Shown: positions 27,038-36,810, numbered from the stretch's first letter. The stretch is DNA of 43,980 bases from Ruminococcus sp. UBA7014 (GCA_002449575.1 DJXC01000029.1:1-43980), one strand, 5' to 3'. Translations and numbers: made by a program. The notes: generated by a model from the letters alone, not told the origin.

Positions 27038-29064
27038 TAGCGAAGACCTCCTTTCAAATACAGTCCGTTTGTATACGATTCTGGAAATTTTCCAGAATGC
27101 GTTTCATAATCATGCAGAATTTCGGCTATCTGTTCCGGAGTTTCGTCTGTAAAATAAAAATCATGATAATCTGCTGCTGAAAAATGCTGCTGTTTTCCGG
27201 AAAGCCAGAGAATTTCAGAATTCAGCATTTCGATATAATCCTGTTCCTTTCTGCATAACAGCGGAAATTTTCTGCCTGTACGGTCAGTCAGGAAACAATC
27301 ATGATGATGACAGCCATCCTGTGACTTTATCGGACATACCCGGAACAGCATCATCGGCAGTCTGCCATAAAGAAACACTCCGGAAGATACTTTTCCGGCA
27401 AGCGCATTCAGACTTTTTGCAGATAACTCATAAGAAAGCATAACATCTGACAATCCCTGTTCCAGCAGAGATGCCGCTGTGACAGCATTGGTACAGTTCA
27501 GACCAAATCCGCCATGAAGCGTAAAACCAATTTTTCTGCCGATTCTGACATCTGCCAGATTATGACATACTAAATGCTGCCAGCCGTTCTGATATAATTT
27601 TTCCAGAGTCTGCATATAATTTTTCTCATTCGGGATAATCCGGGGCGATTCGATATAATCCGACAATTCCGGTTTGCACTGTAAGGCAAGATTCACAGGC
27701 AGGCAGACAATTTCTCCGGAAAGTTTCTGTGCTAAATGCCGGACATGCAGTCTTTTCTGATTTCCGAAAGTTTTCTTCTCCGGCAATGCCGGAATTTTCT
27801 CCTGACAAATTTCATAAACCGGTGTATTCTTGCGGATTCGTGCCTGATTCAGTTGTGCTACCGCATTTCGCCTTAAAGCATTGCACTGCGATGCTGACAG
27901 AATCAGACCGTCCGGATTCTGTAACGCTACATTCCGGCAGGAATATACAGTATCTCCCAGTTTCTGCATACTTTTCCGGAGTGTTTCAGCTGTCAGGGGA
28001 GCTTTCAGAGCAGTTTCTGGAATTTCCCCGGAAACTGTCACCTGATTACCGTCTGTATCAGCCACAGTCAGCAGAGCGGCTTTTCCAGCATTCAGTTTCA
28101 TCAAAAAATCTGCTTCTGAAACAGTTCTTTCTTTCTGATAACTTGTCTGAATCTCTTTAAAGACTTTCTGTCCGGCGAGTACGTCCTCTTTCCGGCGGAA
28201 TCCGAACATATTCTTTCTTTTTCCTGTGAAATAGCCATCTGTAAATCCGTTTCGGGAAAATGCCGCCTGTAATGTCTCCATATCCGGCTGTTCACCATTG
28301 AGAGCCATCTGCAAAGCTGTTACCGCTGCGGCAACATATTCCGGACGTTTCATTCTGCCTTCAATCTTGAACGAATCGACACCCATATTTTTCAATTCCT
28401 GCACATGGCTGACAAGACTTAAATCTTTCAGAGAGAGTGCTGCCGGATTTTCTCCGGACGGTGTTTTCCACGGCAGACGGCAAGCCTGCGCACATTGTCC
28501 CCGGTTAGCACTTCTGCCGCCGACTACTGCCGAAAAACTGCACTGTCCTGATACAGACATGCACAGCGCACCATGCACAAACACTTCTGTTTCGACAGGA
28601 AGCACACATAATGCTTTCAAATCCTGACAGGACATTTCACGAGCTGCCACAATACGGCAGCAGCCGAGCTTTTTCGCCTGCAATGCACCTTCTGGTGTAT
28701 GAATGCTCATCTGTGTGGAAGCGTGAAGCGGCATTTCCGGAAGTATTGTCCGGATAAGTTGCAGAATGCCTAAATCCTGTACAATACAGGCATCTATACC
28801 GCATTCTGCGGCTTTTTGTATGAATTCCCGAAATGCCGGAAGTTCGCTGTCTGTCAGCAGCGTATTTACGGCAAGATGTAATTTTGCATGATATAAATGA
28901 CAGAGTTCTGCCGCCTGTCTGAGTTCCGGCAAATCAAAATTGACTGCGCTGCTTCGTGCAGAATATGCTTTTGCACCGACATAGACAGCATCTGCACCGC
29001 ACCGGAGTGCAGCAATCAGTGTTTCCATACTCCCGGCAGGAGCTAAAATTTCAGGATTTGTCAT
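27037..29064 (-). CDS. U32 family peptidase-like protein (collagenase-like / RNA hydroxylation-related family)
   Basis: PEILAPAGS N-terminus, E.FVHGALC and later Cys-rich motifs, and a long C-terminal extension. The ORF track start is 29109. I prefer the ATG at 29064 (MTNPEILAPAGS). Confidence 0.85.
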   Translation of the reverse strand: MTNPEILAPAGSMETLIAALRCGADAVYVGAKAYSARSSAVNFDLPELRQAAELCHLYHAKLHLAVNTLLTDSELPAFREFIQKAAECGIDACIVQDLGILQLIRTILPEMPLHASTQMSIHTPEGALQAKKLGCCRIVAAREMSCQDLKALCVLPVETEVFVHGALCMSVSGQCSFSAVVGGRSANRGQCAQACRLPWKTPSGENPAALSLKDLSLVSHVQELKNMGVDSFKIEGRMKRPEYVAAAVTALQMALNGEQPDMETLQAAFSRNGFTDGYFTGKRKNMFGFRRKEDVLAGQKVFKEIQTSYQKERTVSEADFLMKLNAGKAALLTVADTDGNQVTVSGEIPETALKAPLTAETLRKSMQKLGDTVYSCRNVALQNPDGLILSASQCNALRRNAVAQLNQARIRKNTPVYEICQEKIPALPEKKTFGNQKRLHVRHLAQKLSGEIVCLPVNLALQCKPELSDYIESPRIIPNEKNYMQTLEKLYQNGWQHLVCHNLADVRIGRKIGFTLHGGFGLNCTNAVTAASLLEQGLSDVMLSYELSAKSLNALAGKVSSGVFLYGRLPMMLFRVCPIKSQDGCHHHDCFLTDRTGRKFPLLCRKEQDYIEMLNSEILWLSGKQQHFSAADYHDFYFTDETPEQIAEILHDYETHSGKFPESYTNGLYLKGGLR

Positions 29065-29428
29065 TGTGAATGCTTTCTGCAAGCTTTTTGAGCCGGATAG
29101 AATTTTCAAGCTGTTCTATCTTCGAGCGCATGACTTCCATTTCTTTGAGTGCGGCATCCCGTTCCATACGAGCACGACCTGCCTCATCAACATATGTCTT
29201 TGTCTGCTCAGAAATTTCAGAAAGACGCTGACTGGCCTTGTTCAGGTCATCCAGTGCAGACAGGGCTGCCATAATTGCAGCATTATACTGTGATACGCCG
29301 AGTCTGTCCATAGAATCTGTAATTTTAGTTTCGAGTGTTCTTGCCAGTCCGTAAACATAATTCGGAGCTTCGGCAGTCTGCATGACGTAATCTTTTCCGC
29401 AGATTACGACTTTGACTTTATTCATCAT
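29051..29428 (-). CDS. zapA: Cell division protein ZapA
   Basis: 125 aa. V.I.G..Y.......P..V..LA...........L.......AA.MAAL.. pattern followed by a C-terminal coiled-coil. Confidence 0.8.
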   Translation of the reverse strand: MMNKVKVVICGKDYVMQTAEAPNYVYGLARTLETKITDSMDRLGVSQYNAAIMAALSALDDLNKASQRLSEISEQTKTYVDEAGRARMERDAALKEMEVMRSKIEQLENSIRLKKLAESIHNDKS

Positions 29429-29449
29429 AAAAATTCATCTCCTGTTCGT

Positions 29450-29971
29450 TCAGAAATGCCGTATCATGGAAATCACGCTTCCCACGGCTGTACTGCCGGA
29501 AGGCACTTTCCCGGCAGTAATTTCCAGAAAACCTTTTTTATTTAAAAATACTGTAATTCTGTTTTCCTGTGGAATTTCAGAATATTCTGCAATCAGCAAA
29601 TCGCCCTGCCAGAATCCGGTTTTTACATAATTCCGGGTGAGATAGAATGCAAAAACTTTACTTTGCGATTCCGGAAGCAGAGAAATATAAGACTGAATAT
29701 TTTCTTTATCCAGCAGAGCGGTTTCTGGTTTTACCTGCGCAATCACCGGAATCCCTGCCGGACTGGTATCGGAAATAAAAATCGCCCGTTTTTTGGTAGA
29801 ATCTATTTTTAAAATACCCTCTTCCTGCATTCCGTGCAGATAGCGGTGAATTGTCGAGGTAGACTTAAATCCCGTACCTTCTGCAATTTCACGGACAGAC
29901 GGTGCAATTCCGTTTTCCTGAATATATTTCTGAATAAAATTCAGAATGGCTTCTGCTTTATGTTGTCTCAT
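29450..29971 (-). CDS. LexA-like transcriptional regulator lacking autocleavage residues
   Basis: The N-terminal LexA wHTH is present (GIAPSVREIAEGTGFKSTSTIHRYLHGMQEEGILK). The C-terminal S24-like fold has RNYV where G-x-S-M is expected, ITAG where V-K-R is expected, and no Ala-Gly cleavage site. Confidence 0.75.
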   Translation of the reverse strand: MRQHKAEAILNFIQKYIQENGIAPSVREIAEGTGFKSTSTIHRYLHGMQEEGILKIDSTKKRAIFISDTSPAGIPVIAQVKPETALLDKENIQSYISLLPESQSKVFAFYLTRNYVKTGFWQGDLLIAEYSEIPQENRITVFLNKKGFLEITAGKVPSGSTAVGSVISMIRHF

Positions 29972-31392
29972 ACAAGATTCTCCTTTAATTTTTCCAGAAT
30001 CATCTTTGCTACTTTGTTAATGTCACCACATCCCATTGTCAGAACCAAATCACCCGGCTGCACATGGCTGACAACATAATTGCAGACATCTTCAAAATTC
30101 TGATATTTGCGTTCATCTGTATATTCAGCAGATTCATCCTGCGGAAACCAGACTGTCTTATTCTTATCCATGATTTCAGCCAGATTCCGGGTATAGATAT
30201 TCCAGGTATTCTTTTCCCGTGAACCCATAATATCTGTCAGAACAGCAATATCCGCAATACTCAGGGCTTCGGCGAATTCTTCCAGATGCTGGACAGTTCT
30301 GGAGAATGTAAACGGCTGGAATACTGCCCAGACACGCTTATACGGCATTTCCTTTGCGGCTTTGAGCGTTGCTGTCAGTTCTGTGGGATGATGTGCATAG
30401 TCGTCCGCAACGGTAACCCCCCCTGCTTCGCCTTTGATTTCAAATCTTCTGCCTGCACCGCTGAATGCTGTCAAGCCGTTCTGAATCTGTTCAAACGGCA
30501 AGCCGATATGGTCACATGCGGCAACGGCTGCAAGAGAATTCAGAATATTATGCTCCCCTGGTACATGAATCTGGATTTTTCCAAGTTCTTTTCCATTTTT
30601 CAGAACTGTATATGCCATTTTTCCGCCGAGATGCTCCGGATTCACAGCACGATAATCATTCTTTTCTCCATAGCCGAATGAAATCATTTCTTTTCCGGTA
30701 ATACCATCTACTGCCTTACAAGTATTTGCATCATCACCGTTATAAATAATCGTCTTAGAAGTCAGCTCACAGAACTTATGAAAAGATTTGATAATATTAT
30801 CCACAGTTTTGAAATAATCCAGATGGTCAGCATCAATATTTAAAATCACCGCCGTATCGGGATAAAGTTTCAGAAATGTATCAACAAATTCGCAGGATTC
30901 GCAGACGAAAATATCACTTGCACCAGCACAGCCGCTGCCGCCGATACAGGGCAGTTTGCCGCCGATAAATGCGGACAGGTCGATTCCGGCATCATGCAGA
31001 ATCTGTGCCAGCATGGAAGTTGTCGTTGTCTTACCATGTGTGCCGGAAACACAGACTGCATTTTTATACCAGCTGCTGACAATACCTAACAGTTCACTGC
31101 GCTCCAGAACCGGCACACCAGATGCCTTTGCTGCAATCAGCTCCGGATTATCTGCCATAATTGCGGCAGTATGCACAATCAGGTCAGCACCTTCGATATT
31201 TTCGGCTCTTTGACCGAACATGACAGGAATCCCCATATTCCGGACTGCCTGAAGCGTATCTGTTTCATTATTGTCCGAACCTGTGAGATAAAATCCCTTG
31301 GAATGCAGTATCTGTGCCAGCGGATACATGCCGCTTCCGCCAATACCGATAAAATGAATATGCTTTTTTTCGTCTAAAATTGATTTGTTCAT
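29968..31392 (-). CDS. murC: UDP-N-acetylmuramate--L-alanine ligase
   Basis: HFIGIGGSGM, GTHGKTTTTSM, and DDYAHHP motifs. The ORF track start at 31401 is a GTG that overlaps the RBS. I prefer the ATG at 31392. Confidence 0.95.
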   Translation of the reverse strand: MNKSILDEKKHIHFIGIGGSGMYPLAQILHSKGFYLTGSDNNETDTLQAVRNMGIPVMFGQRAENIEGADLIVHTAAIMADNPELIAAKASGVPVLERSELLGIVSSWYKNAVCVSGTHGKTTTTSMLAQILHDAGIDLSAFIGGKLPCIGGSGCAGASDIFVCESCEFVDTFLKLYPDTAVILNIDADHLDYFKTVDNIIKSFHKFCELTSKTIIYNGDDANTCKAVDGITGKEMISFGYGEKNDYRAVNPEHLGGKMAYTVLKNGKELGKIQIHVPGEHNILNSLAAVAACDHIGLPFEQIQNGLTAFSGAGRRFEIKGEAGGVTVADDYAHHPTELTATLKAAKEMPYKRVWAVFQPFTFSRTVQHLEEFAEALSIADIAVLTDIMGSREKNTWNIYTRNLAEIMDKNKTVWFPQDESAEYTDERKYQNFEDVCNYVVSHVQPGDLVLTMGCGDINKVAKMILEKLKENLV

Positions 31393-31573
31393 AAAATACA
31401 CCTAATTTCTTCTTATTTAGTTCACATATTGCGTATATACTATTGATAGGCTGCTTTTTGGTTACAATTGTCAATTCTTTCCTGATAGTATATCCGGATT
31501 GAAAAATTCTATGCAAAACAAATATCACTTTTCAGAGAGCAGCGTTCCATGATTCAAGGAGGTTATAAATATT

Positions 31574-31876
31574 ATGGAAATCACAGACATCAAAATCAGA
31601 AAACTCATCACCGAAGGCAGACTGCGTGCTGTTGTATCAATCACACTGGATAACATGCTCGCTGTCCATGACATCAAGGTTGTGCAGGGCGATACCAGAC
31701 TTTTCATTGCCATGCCCAGCAGACGTGACGAAAACGGTGTCTTCCGGGACATTGTACATCCTATTCAGCCGGACGCAAGAAAAATGATTGAGGATAAAAT
31801 CCTTGATGCTTATCAGAATTATCTGGCACTGACAGAAGCAGAAGAACAGCAGGCTGAAAAAGCCGCACAAGTATAA
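31574..31876 (+). CDS. spoVG: Septation/sporulation regulator SpoVG
   Basis: MEITDIKIRKL....RLRAVVSITLDN.LAVHDIKVVQGD..LFIAMPSRR. Confidence 0.95.
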   Translation: MEITDIKIRKLITEGRLRAVVSITLDNMLAVHDIKVVQGDTRLFIAMPSRRDENGVFRDIVHPIQPDARKMIEDKILDAYQNYLALTEAEEQQAEKAAQV

Positions 31877-31896
31877 CACATTGCTTTTTATTTTAT

Positions 31897-31927
31897 GCAG
31901 GAACGTGAAAAGCGTTCCTGCTTTTTT
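31897..31927. terminator. Terminator between convergent spoVG and the Nudix gene
   Basis: GCAGGAACG (31897-31905) pairs with CGTTCCTGC (31913-31921), followed by T6. Confidence 0.75.
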
Positions 31928-32480
31928 ATGCCTGATTCCGTGCTTTCATTGCCGCATATTTCAGCACAGCAATCTGTGTCTTGGAATCCGGCACTGCATC
32001 GGAAAGCACCAGAGAGACCGCTTTTTCAAACGGAATTTTCTCCACATCAAGGAATTCATCATTGTCAAGGCTCTGTTTGCCATAATGCAGACCTTTTGCA
32101 AGATAAATACGGATGACTTCACTGCAATATGCCGGTGTCGGGAAAAGTTTTCCCAGATAGGTAAATTCATCAGCAGTACAGCCGCATTCTTCCAGCAGTT
32201 CACGTTTGCCGCATTCTTCCGGATTTTCGCCGTATTCAAGTTTTCCGGCAGGAATTTCCAGTGTCACAGTACTGTGCGGATAGCGGAACTGACGGACAAA
32301 GAGAATTTCTTCTTTTTCTGTCAGGGCGAGTATACATACACCGCCCGGATGACGAACAACTTCACGAAATGCCTGTGAACCGTCTTCAAGCTGTACTTTA
32401 TCACGTTCGATATGCAGGATTTTTCCGTTAAAGATTTGTTCGCCCTCCAGTCTGGTTTCATTCAGATGGTCGGTTTTCAT
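31926..32480 (-). CDS. Nudix hydrolase, ADP-ribose pyrophosphatase-like
   Basis: Nudix box GKLEYGENPEECGKRELLEECG. The ORF track start at 32570 would overlap the upstream gene by 113 nt. The ATG at 32480 or 32489, just after AAAGGAG, is more likely. Confidence 0.85.
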   Translation of the reverse strand: MKTDHLNETRLEGEQIFNGKILHIERDKVQLEDGSQAFREVVRHPGGVCILALTEKEEILFVRQFRYPHSTVTLEIPAGKLEYGENPEECGKRELLEECGCTADEFTYLGKLFPTPAYCSEVIRIYLAKGLHYGKQSLDNDEFLDVEKIPFEKAVSLVLSDAVPDSKTQIAVLKYAAMKARNQA

Positions 32481-34923
32481 GAGAATCATTGCTCCTTTCA
32501 GCATGTTTGAGAGAGTGTTGCAGATAGGCAAGATAGGCATCAGATGCACGGACTCCGGAAAGATAATCATAACTTCCGGAATAAGGAAAGGCAGAAATAC
32601 ATTTTTTACCTGCCAGCAGGTACAGCATCAGCAGAAGCAGTCCGGCAAGTGAAATGCAGACACCTACTTTCAGCCCCGGCAGATGATAGGAAAATACAAT
32701 CTGACTGTTTCCGGCCTCACAGCGGACTGCCATAAATCCGCCGCTGACATTTTCAATTTCAACGGGTTTGCCGTTGATTTCGGCTGTCCAGCCGTTATCA
32801 TACGGCACACTGAAAAACAGCAGTTTCGGCTGTTTCAGGGAAATTTCCGCTGAAAACCCACTGGAATCATATTCAAAATCATGACATGTTTCCTGTCTGT
32901 GTGCATCACAGGCAGTCAGGTAGGACTGCTTTGTCAGCATGACATCAGAAGGATTCTGAATTTCGGTTAAAATATTCTGATATTTGTTTTTCTGTTCTTC
33001 ATTGAGAATCAGTGCATGAATCAGCATTTTTTCCCGGACAGAGTCCTGTTTTTCTTCGAGATTTTCTTCTGTGACAAATGTATCATAAGTAAATCCCATC
33101 GGCAGAAAATAATCATTCTGATAAATTTCAAATCCGTTTTCAGTTTTATGATAAGAAAATCCCGGCATTTCAAATTCCTGTTCTTCTTCATCAGTATCTT
33201 CTGATTTCTGCTTGACTTTATTAAAATAATATTTCACAGAAAACAGACCTCGTAGTGTATAGTGTTCCGGTTCGGCACGGGAAGCCACATCACGTGTAAT
33301 GCCGATAGTTTCATAAAAATTCATAATTGACGGGCTGACAACACTCTGGAAGCATCGCATACTTGACAGTCCCCAGAACATCGGATAATTATCATAATCT
33401 TCGGACATATCCACACGGAAATAATCAGCTTCATCATTCTGATAGGAAATACTGATATTTTCCTGTCCGTGAATGCCTTCCTGAATATATTTTTCTGCAT
33501 TTGTGCCGATTGCCTTGCCGAAATATACAATTGAGGCAGTACAAGCCATACAAGCTGCTGTTGTCAGGATAACGGCTTTTTCCCAAAACGGCTTTTTCTG
33601 TTTCCGGAGTTTCAGAAGATAATATGCACCGCCCCAGCAAAGTACACTAATTCCCAGTGTCACATAAAAATATCCCGGAATCAGCGTAAACCTGAAAAAG
33701 CTGATTTTCTCGTCTTCTTTTGTCGGCAGCAGCGAAATCAAGCCAAAAATTCCCAGCATGACCGCACAGATGTGCATTCCCTGTTTCCATTCAGTTTCCG
33801 GATTATCCAAAGCATAAGCCGTCATCATTGCCATTATCAGAAGCGGCATATAATACCATCTTGCATAATAAGAAGCATTCAGCATATAAAACAGACTGTT
33901 CAGCACCGGAACAAAAGCGCATATGATGCAGATATAAATTATCATGCTTGCCCAGTGTGTTTTTTTACGGCGCATGAAGGCTATCACGCCTGCCATTGAG
34001 AACAGCGGCAGATAACCGCCCATAGATGCCCATTTTGCATATTTTGTCTGGAACAGATTTGTTCTTGCAGGCGCATCGGGTATCATGAAAAAACTCTGGA
34101 TAATCCGGATAATTCTTGTTCTGTCAGAATATAATATCATATCCTGTCCGAACAGGTATTCTGATACTCTGTCATTCAGAATCACCGCCAAAGCTGCCGG
34201 AAGCAGCATTGCACATGCAATACATACGCCAAGTATGGCTTCTGCTGCCAGTGCCAAAAATTTCTTCCAACTGATGTGAAAATCCTGACTCCGACATCTT
34301 ATCAGAAAATATCCTATCAGAAATACTGCCTGTCCGGCAAAGAAAAAATAATTTATCACACCCATCAGGGCAACACTTGCCGCAAACCAGCCACAGCGAT
34401 TCCGGTTAACAAGTTCTTCCATGGCTATCAGCATCAGCGGAAAAAACGCTGTCACATCCTGAAAATGATTGAAAAAAATATTAAATATCTGAAATCCGGA
34501 AAACGCATACAGCAAGCCGCCGATTACTGCCGATTCCGGTCGTTTCACAAACCGCCGGACATAAGCATATGCTGTCAGAGAAGCTATGCCGTGTTTCAGG
34601 CATAACAGCCATGGTATCGCATACAATACCCACTGTTCCGGCAGCAGCACCGTCAGCCAGAAAAACGGACTCCCTGTCAGATAAAACGCATATGACCCCA
34701 GAAAACTGCTCCCTAAATCCGTATACCAGTTCCAGCCGAATAAGCCACCCTCCCGGACAGCATCATTCGCCAGTTTGTAAAACGGAAGCTGCTGCGATAC
34801 AAAATCACCATAATAAATAAAATATCCCCTGTCGATTATCATCAGCGGCAGCAATATTACAAATAAACTCAGAAATCCTAATCCAAATGACAGCAGATAT
34901 TTTTCACTGCTTTTTCTCTTCAA
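32458..34923 (-). CDS. YfhO-family polytopic membrane protein (putative glycosyl-transfer/cell-envelope function)
   Basis: 821 aa. N-terminus ...IIDRGYFIYYGDFVSQQLPFY, more than 10 TM helices, then a C-terminal extracytoplasmic domain and a final TM. Confidence 0.85.
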   Translation of the reverse strand: MKRKSSEKYLLSFGLGFLSLFVILLPLMIIDRGYFIYYGDFVSQQLPFYKLANDAVREGGLFGWNWYTDLGSSFLGSYAFYLTGSPFFWLTVLLPEQWVLYAIPWLLCLKHGIASLTAYAYVRRFVKRPESAVIGGLLYAFSGFQIFNIFFNHFQDVTAFFPLMLIAMEELVNRNRCGWFAASVALMGVINYFFFAGQAVFLIGYFLIRCRSQDFHISWKKFLALAAEAILGVCIACAMLLPAALAVILNDRVSEYLFGQDMILYSDRTRIIRIIQSFFMIPDAPARTNLFQTKYAKWASMGGYLPLFSMAGVIAFMRRKKTHWASMIIYICIICAFVPVLNSLFYMLNASYYARWYYMPLLIMAMMTAYALDNPETEWKQGMHICAVMLGIFGLISLLPTKEDEKISFFRFTLIPGYFYVTLGISVLCWGGAYYLLKLRKQKKPFWEKAVILTTAACMACTASIVYFGKAIGTNAEKYIQEGIHGQENISISYQNDEADYFRVDMSEDYDNYPMFWGLSSMRCFQSVVSPSIMNFYETIGITRDVASRAEPEHYTLRGLFSVKYYFNKVKQKSEDTDEEEQEFEMPGFSYHKTENGFEIYQNDYFLPMGFTYDTFVTEENLEEKQDSVREKMLIHALILNEEQKNKYQNILTEIQNPSDVMLTKQSYLTACDAHRQETCHDFEYDSSGFSAEISLKQPKLLFFSVPYDNGWTAEINGKPVEIENVSGGFMAVRCEAGNSQIVFSYHLPGLKVGVCISLAGLLLLMLYLLAGKKCISAFPYSGSYDYLSGVRASDAYLAYLQHSLKHAERSNDSHENRPSE

Positions 34924-34985
34924 AAGTAATCATCTCCAGAACGGAAATTTTTTCATTCTTCCTGCATATACTATACAGGACGGCA

Positions 34986-35477
34986 TTACAGGAACACCAG
35001 ATTCGGCAGAATGCCTTTTTCGGAAACATCAAGCAGCGCATAACTTGGCTTTTTGCCGTCACGGGGAAGGCTCAGACTTCCGGGATTCAGAATATATAAT
35101 CCGTCTTCATAGCGGCAGTCACTGACATGTGTATGTCCGTAAAGCACAATATCTGCCTGATTCTGCCTTGCTTCAAAGGCAATTCTTGCCGTGCCGAATT
35201 TTACCTGAAAATAGTCGCCATGCGCTGCAAAAATTTTATGTCCATACGGCAAATCCAGCGTTAATGTCCGGAATACTTTGACATCCTGTTTATAATCACA
35301 GTTGCCTTTCAGACAATAAAATTTCTGTTCCGTCCATGGTTCACTGGTAAATAACTGATACAAATCTGTTTCGCCGTCACCAAGATGAATAAACATATCC
35401 GCATCCTGATGCAGCAGCACAACTTTTTTCAGATTTCTGGAATTGCCGTGTGTGTCAGAAAGCACAATAATTTTCAA
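34986..35477 (-). CDS. YfcE/MJ0936-family metallophosphoesterase
   Basis: IIVLSDTHGN, HLGDG, and GHTH motifs. TTG start with a GGGAGG RBS 7 nt upstream. Confidence 0.85.
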   Translation of the reverse strand: MKIIVLSDTHGNSRNLKKVVLLHQDADMFIHLGDGETDLYQLFTSEPWTEQKFYCLKGNCDYKQDVKVFRTLTLDLPYGHKIFAAHGDYFQVKFGTARIAFEARQNQADIVLYGHTHVSDCRYEDGLYILNPGSLSLPRDGKKPSYALLDVSEKGILPNLVFL

Positions 35478-35521
35478 ATATAAAACCTCCCTGATACAGA
35501 AATTCTTATGGAATCTATTTT

Positions 35522-35550
35522 ATTATAACACAAACTGTCAGAAATTACAA
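35522..35550 (-). promoter_or_regulatory. Putative promoter for the metallophosphoesterase/YfhO/Nudix operon
   Basis: Minus strand TTGTAA (35545-35550), 17-nt spacer, TG-extended TATAAT (35522-35527). Confidence 0.45.
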
Positions 35551-35592
35551 TATCATTTTGCAGAAAGATTTTTTGAAAGAAGGGTGTTTTTT

Positions 35593-35838
35593 ATGGATAA
35601 TTCCAACATTCAGAATCTCAGTGGCTTATTGCAGGTTGTCAGTCAAAAACTTGGCATTCCGCCGGAACAGCTCCGGAAAGAACTGGAATCCGGTAAATTT
35701 GACAACGCTATCAAAAATATGAACCCTGCCGAAGCTGCCAAATTTCAGCAGGCAGTCAAAAATCCCCAGATGGTCGATAAAATCATGAGTACTCCGCAGG
35801 CAAAAGCTCTTTATCAGAAACTGACAGGCGGCAAGTAA
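35593..35838 (+). CDS. Hypothetical small helical protein
   Basis: 81 aa counted from the internal ATG (MDNSNIQNL...), which follows GAAGGGTG. The part of the ORF upstream of 35593 lies in the promoter region. Confidence 0.5.
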   Translation: MDNSNIQNLSGLLQVVSQKLGIPPEQLRKELESGKFDNAIKNMNPAEAAKFQQAVKNPQMVDKIMSTPQAKALYQKLTGGK

Positions 35839-36206
35839 TGGAAAACCTGCTCGACAAGATGCAGGAACTGCTTTCCGACCCGGAAAGTATGAAACAAATT
35901 TCCGAACTGGCGCAGATGTTCAAATCCGGAGAATTTAACAGTCCGGAGGAGAATTCCTCTTCTCCGGAACAATCTGCTCCGGAAGTCAGTACCGGTCATT
36001 TTGGCATTGACCCTGGTATGCTCCTGAAAGCCAGTGAATTATTTCATCAGCAGGACAATGACAAGAATACCGCTCTTTTACTGGCACTTCGTCCGCATCT
36101 GGGACAGACCCGGCAGATAAAAATCGATAAAGCTGTAAAGCTGCTCCGCATCTGGCATATCTGGAAACAGATGCAGGATTCCGGACTGCTCCGGAACTTA
36201 CTATAA
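35838..36206 (+). CDS. Hypothetical small protein (acidic/Ser-Pro linker, C-terminal Leu-rich helix)
   Basis: 122 aa. The start overlaps the upstream stop (TAATG), which suggests translational coupling. Confidence 0.55.
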   Translation: MENLLDKMQELLSDPESMKQISELAQMFKSGEFNSPEENSSSPEQSAPEVSTGHFGIDPGMLLKASELFHQQDNDKNTALLLALRPHLGQTRQIKIDKAVKLLRIWHIWKQMQDSGLLRNLL

Positions 36207-36228
36207 TTTTTCTCAGAGGTGACAAGAC

Positions 36229-36531
36229 ATGGCACAGACTCCGCAGCAAAATTTTGATGCAATGCGTCAGGATGCAATCCGGCGTTCACGGGAAATGCAA
36301 AGACGGGCTGTGCCGCCGCTTCCTCCGGAAATGCCCTCCATGCCGCCGAAACCGCCTGCACCTCCGCCGAAATCCATTCTTCCGGACTCTTTGCATATCT
36401 CCGAAGATTTGCATCATCTTCTGACAAGCTGGGACGGTGAAAAACTAGCACTGCTTGCGCTTCTGTACCTGCTTTACAAAGAAGGTGCAGAAACGGAACT
36501 ACTGCTTGCCATCGCCTATATTATGCTGTAA
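36229..36531 (+). CDS. Hypothetical small protein (Pro-rich centre, hydrophobic C-terminus)
   Basis: 100 aa. PPLPPEMPSMPPKPPAPPPK tract, then LALLALLYLLYKEGAETELLLAIAYIML. Confidence 0.55.
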   Translation: MAQTPQQNFDAMRQDAIRRSREMQRRAVPPLPPEMPSMPPKPPAPPPKSILPDSLHISEDLHHLLTSWDGEKLALLALLYLLYKEGAETELLLAIAYIML

Positions 36532-36543
36532 GGAGGGCTACAG

Positions 36544-36810
36544 ATGGATTTTTTCAGAACCTATCTTTACTGGATACTCTGGGCAGCAGCATTTCTGATA
36601 CTTCTGTTCTTCTACATAAAAAGACAGAAACCTGTCAGGACATTTCTGCTTGGCGGCATCACCGGGCTGACTGCACTGTTTCTTCTGCATTTTTATGGAG
36701 AAGCCATTGGATTTGCGCCGACACTCTGCACAACGAATCTGCTGACGAGTTTTGTTCTCGGCATTCCGGGAACGGCTCTTATTATTCTGGCACACGCCCT
36801 GACCGGGTAA
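36544..36810 (+). CDS. bofA: BofA-family pro-sigma-K processing inhibitor
   Basis: 88 aa two- or three-TM protein with G..G......H..G...G......N..T......LGIPG..LI. AAGGAGGG RBS. Confidence 0.7.
   Translation: MDFFRTYLYWILWAAAFLILLFFYIKRQKPVRTFLLGGITGLTALFLLHFYGEAIGFAPTLCTTNLLTSFVLGIPGTALIILAHALTG

Noticed and set aside
31881-32378. 165-aa plus-strand ORF
   Set aside because: It is antisense to the Nudix hydrolase gene, which has an unambiguous Nudix box.
35443-35592. N-terminal 50-aa extension of the first small ORF
   Set aside because: The extension overlaps the divergent promoter and the start of the metallophosphoesterase gene. The internal ATG at 35593 has the RBS.
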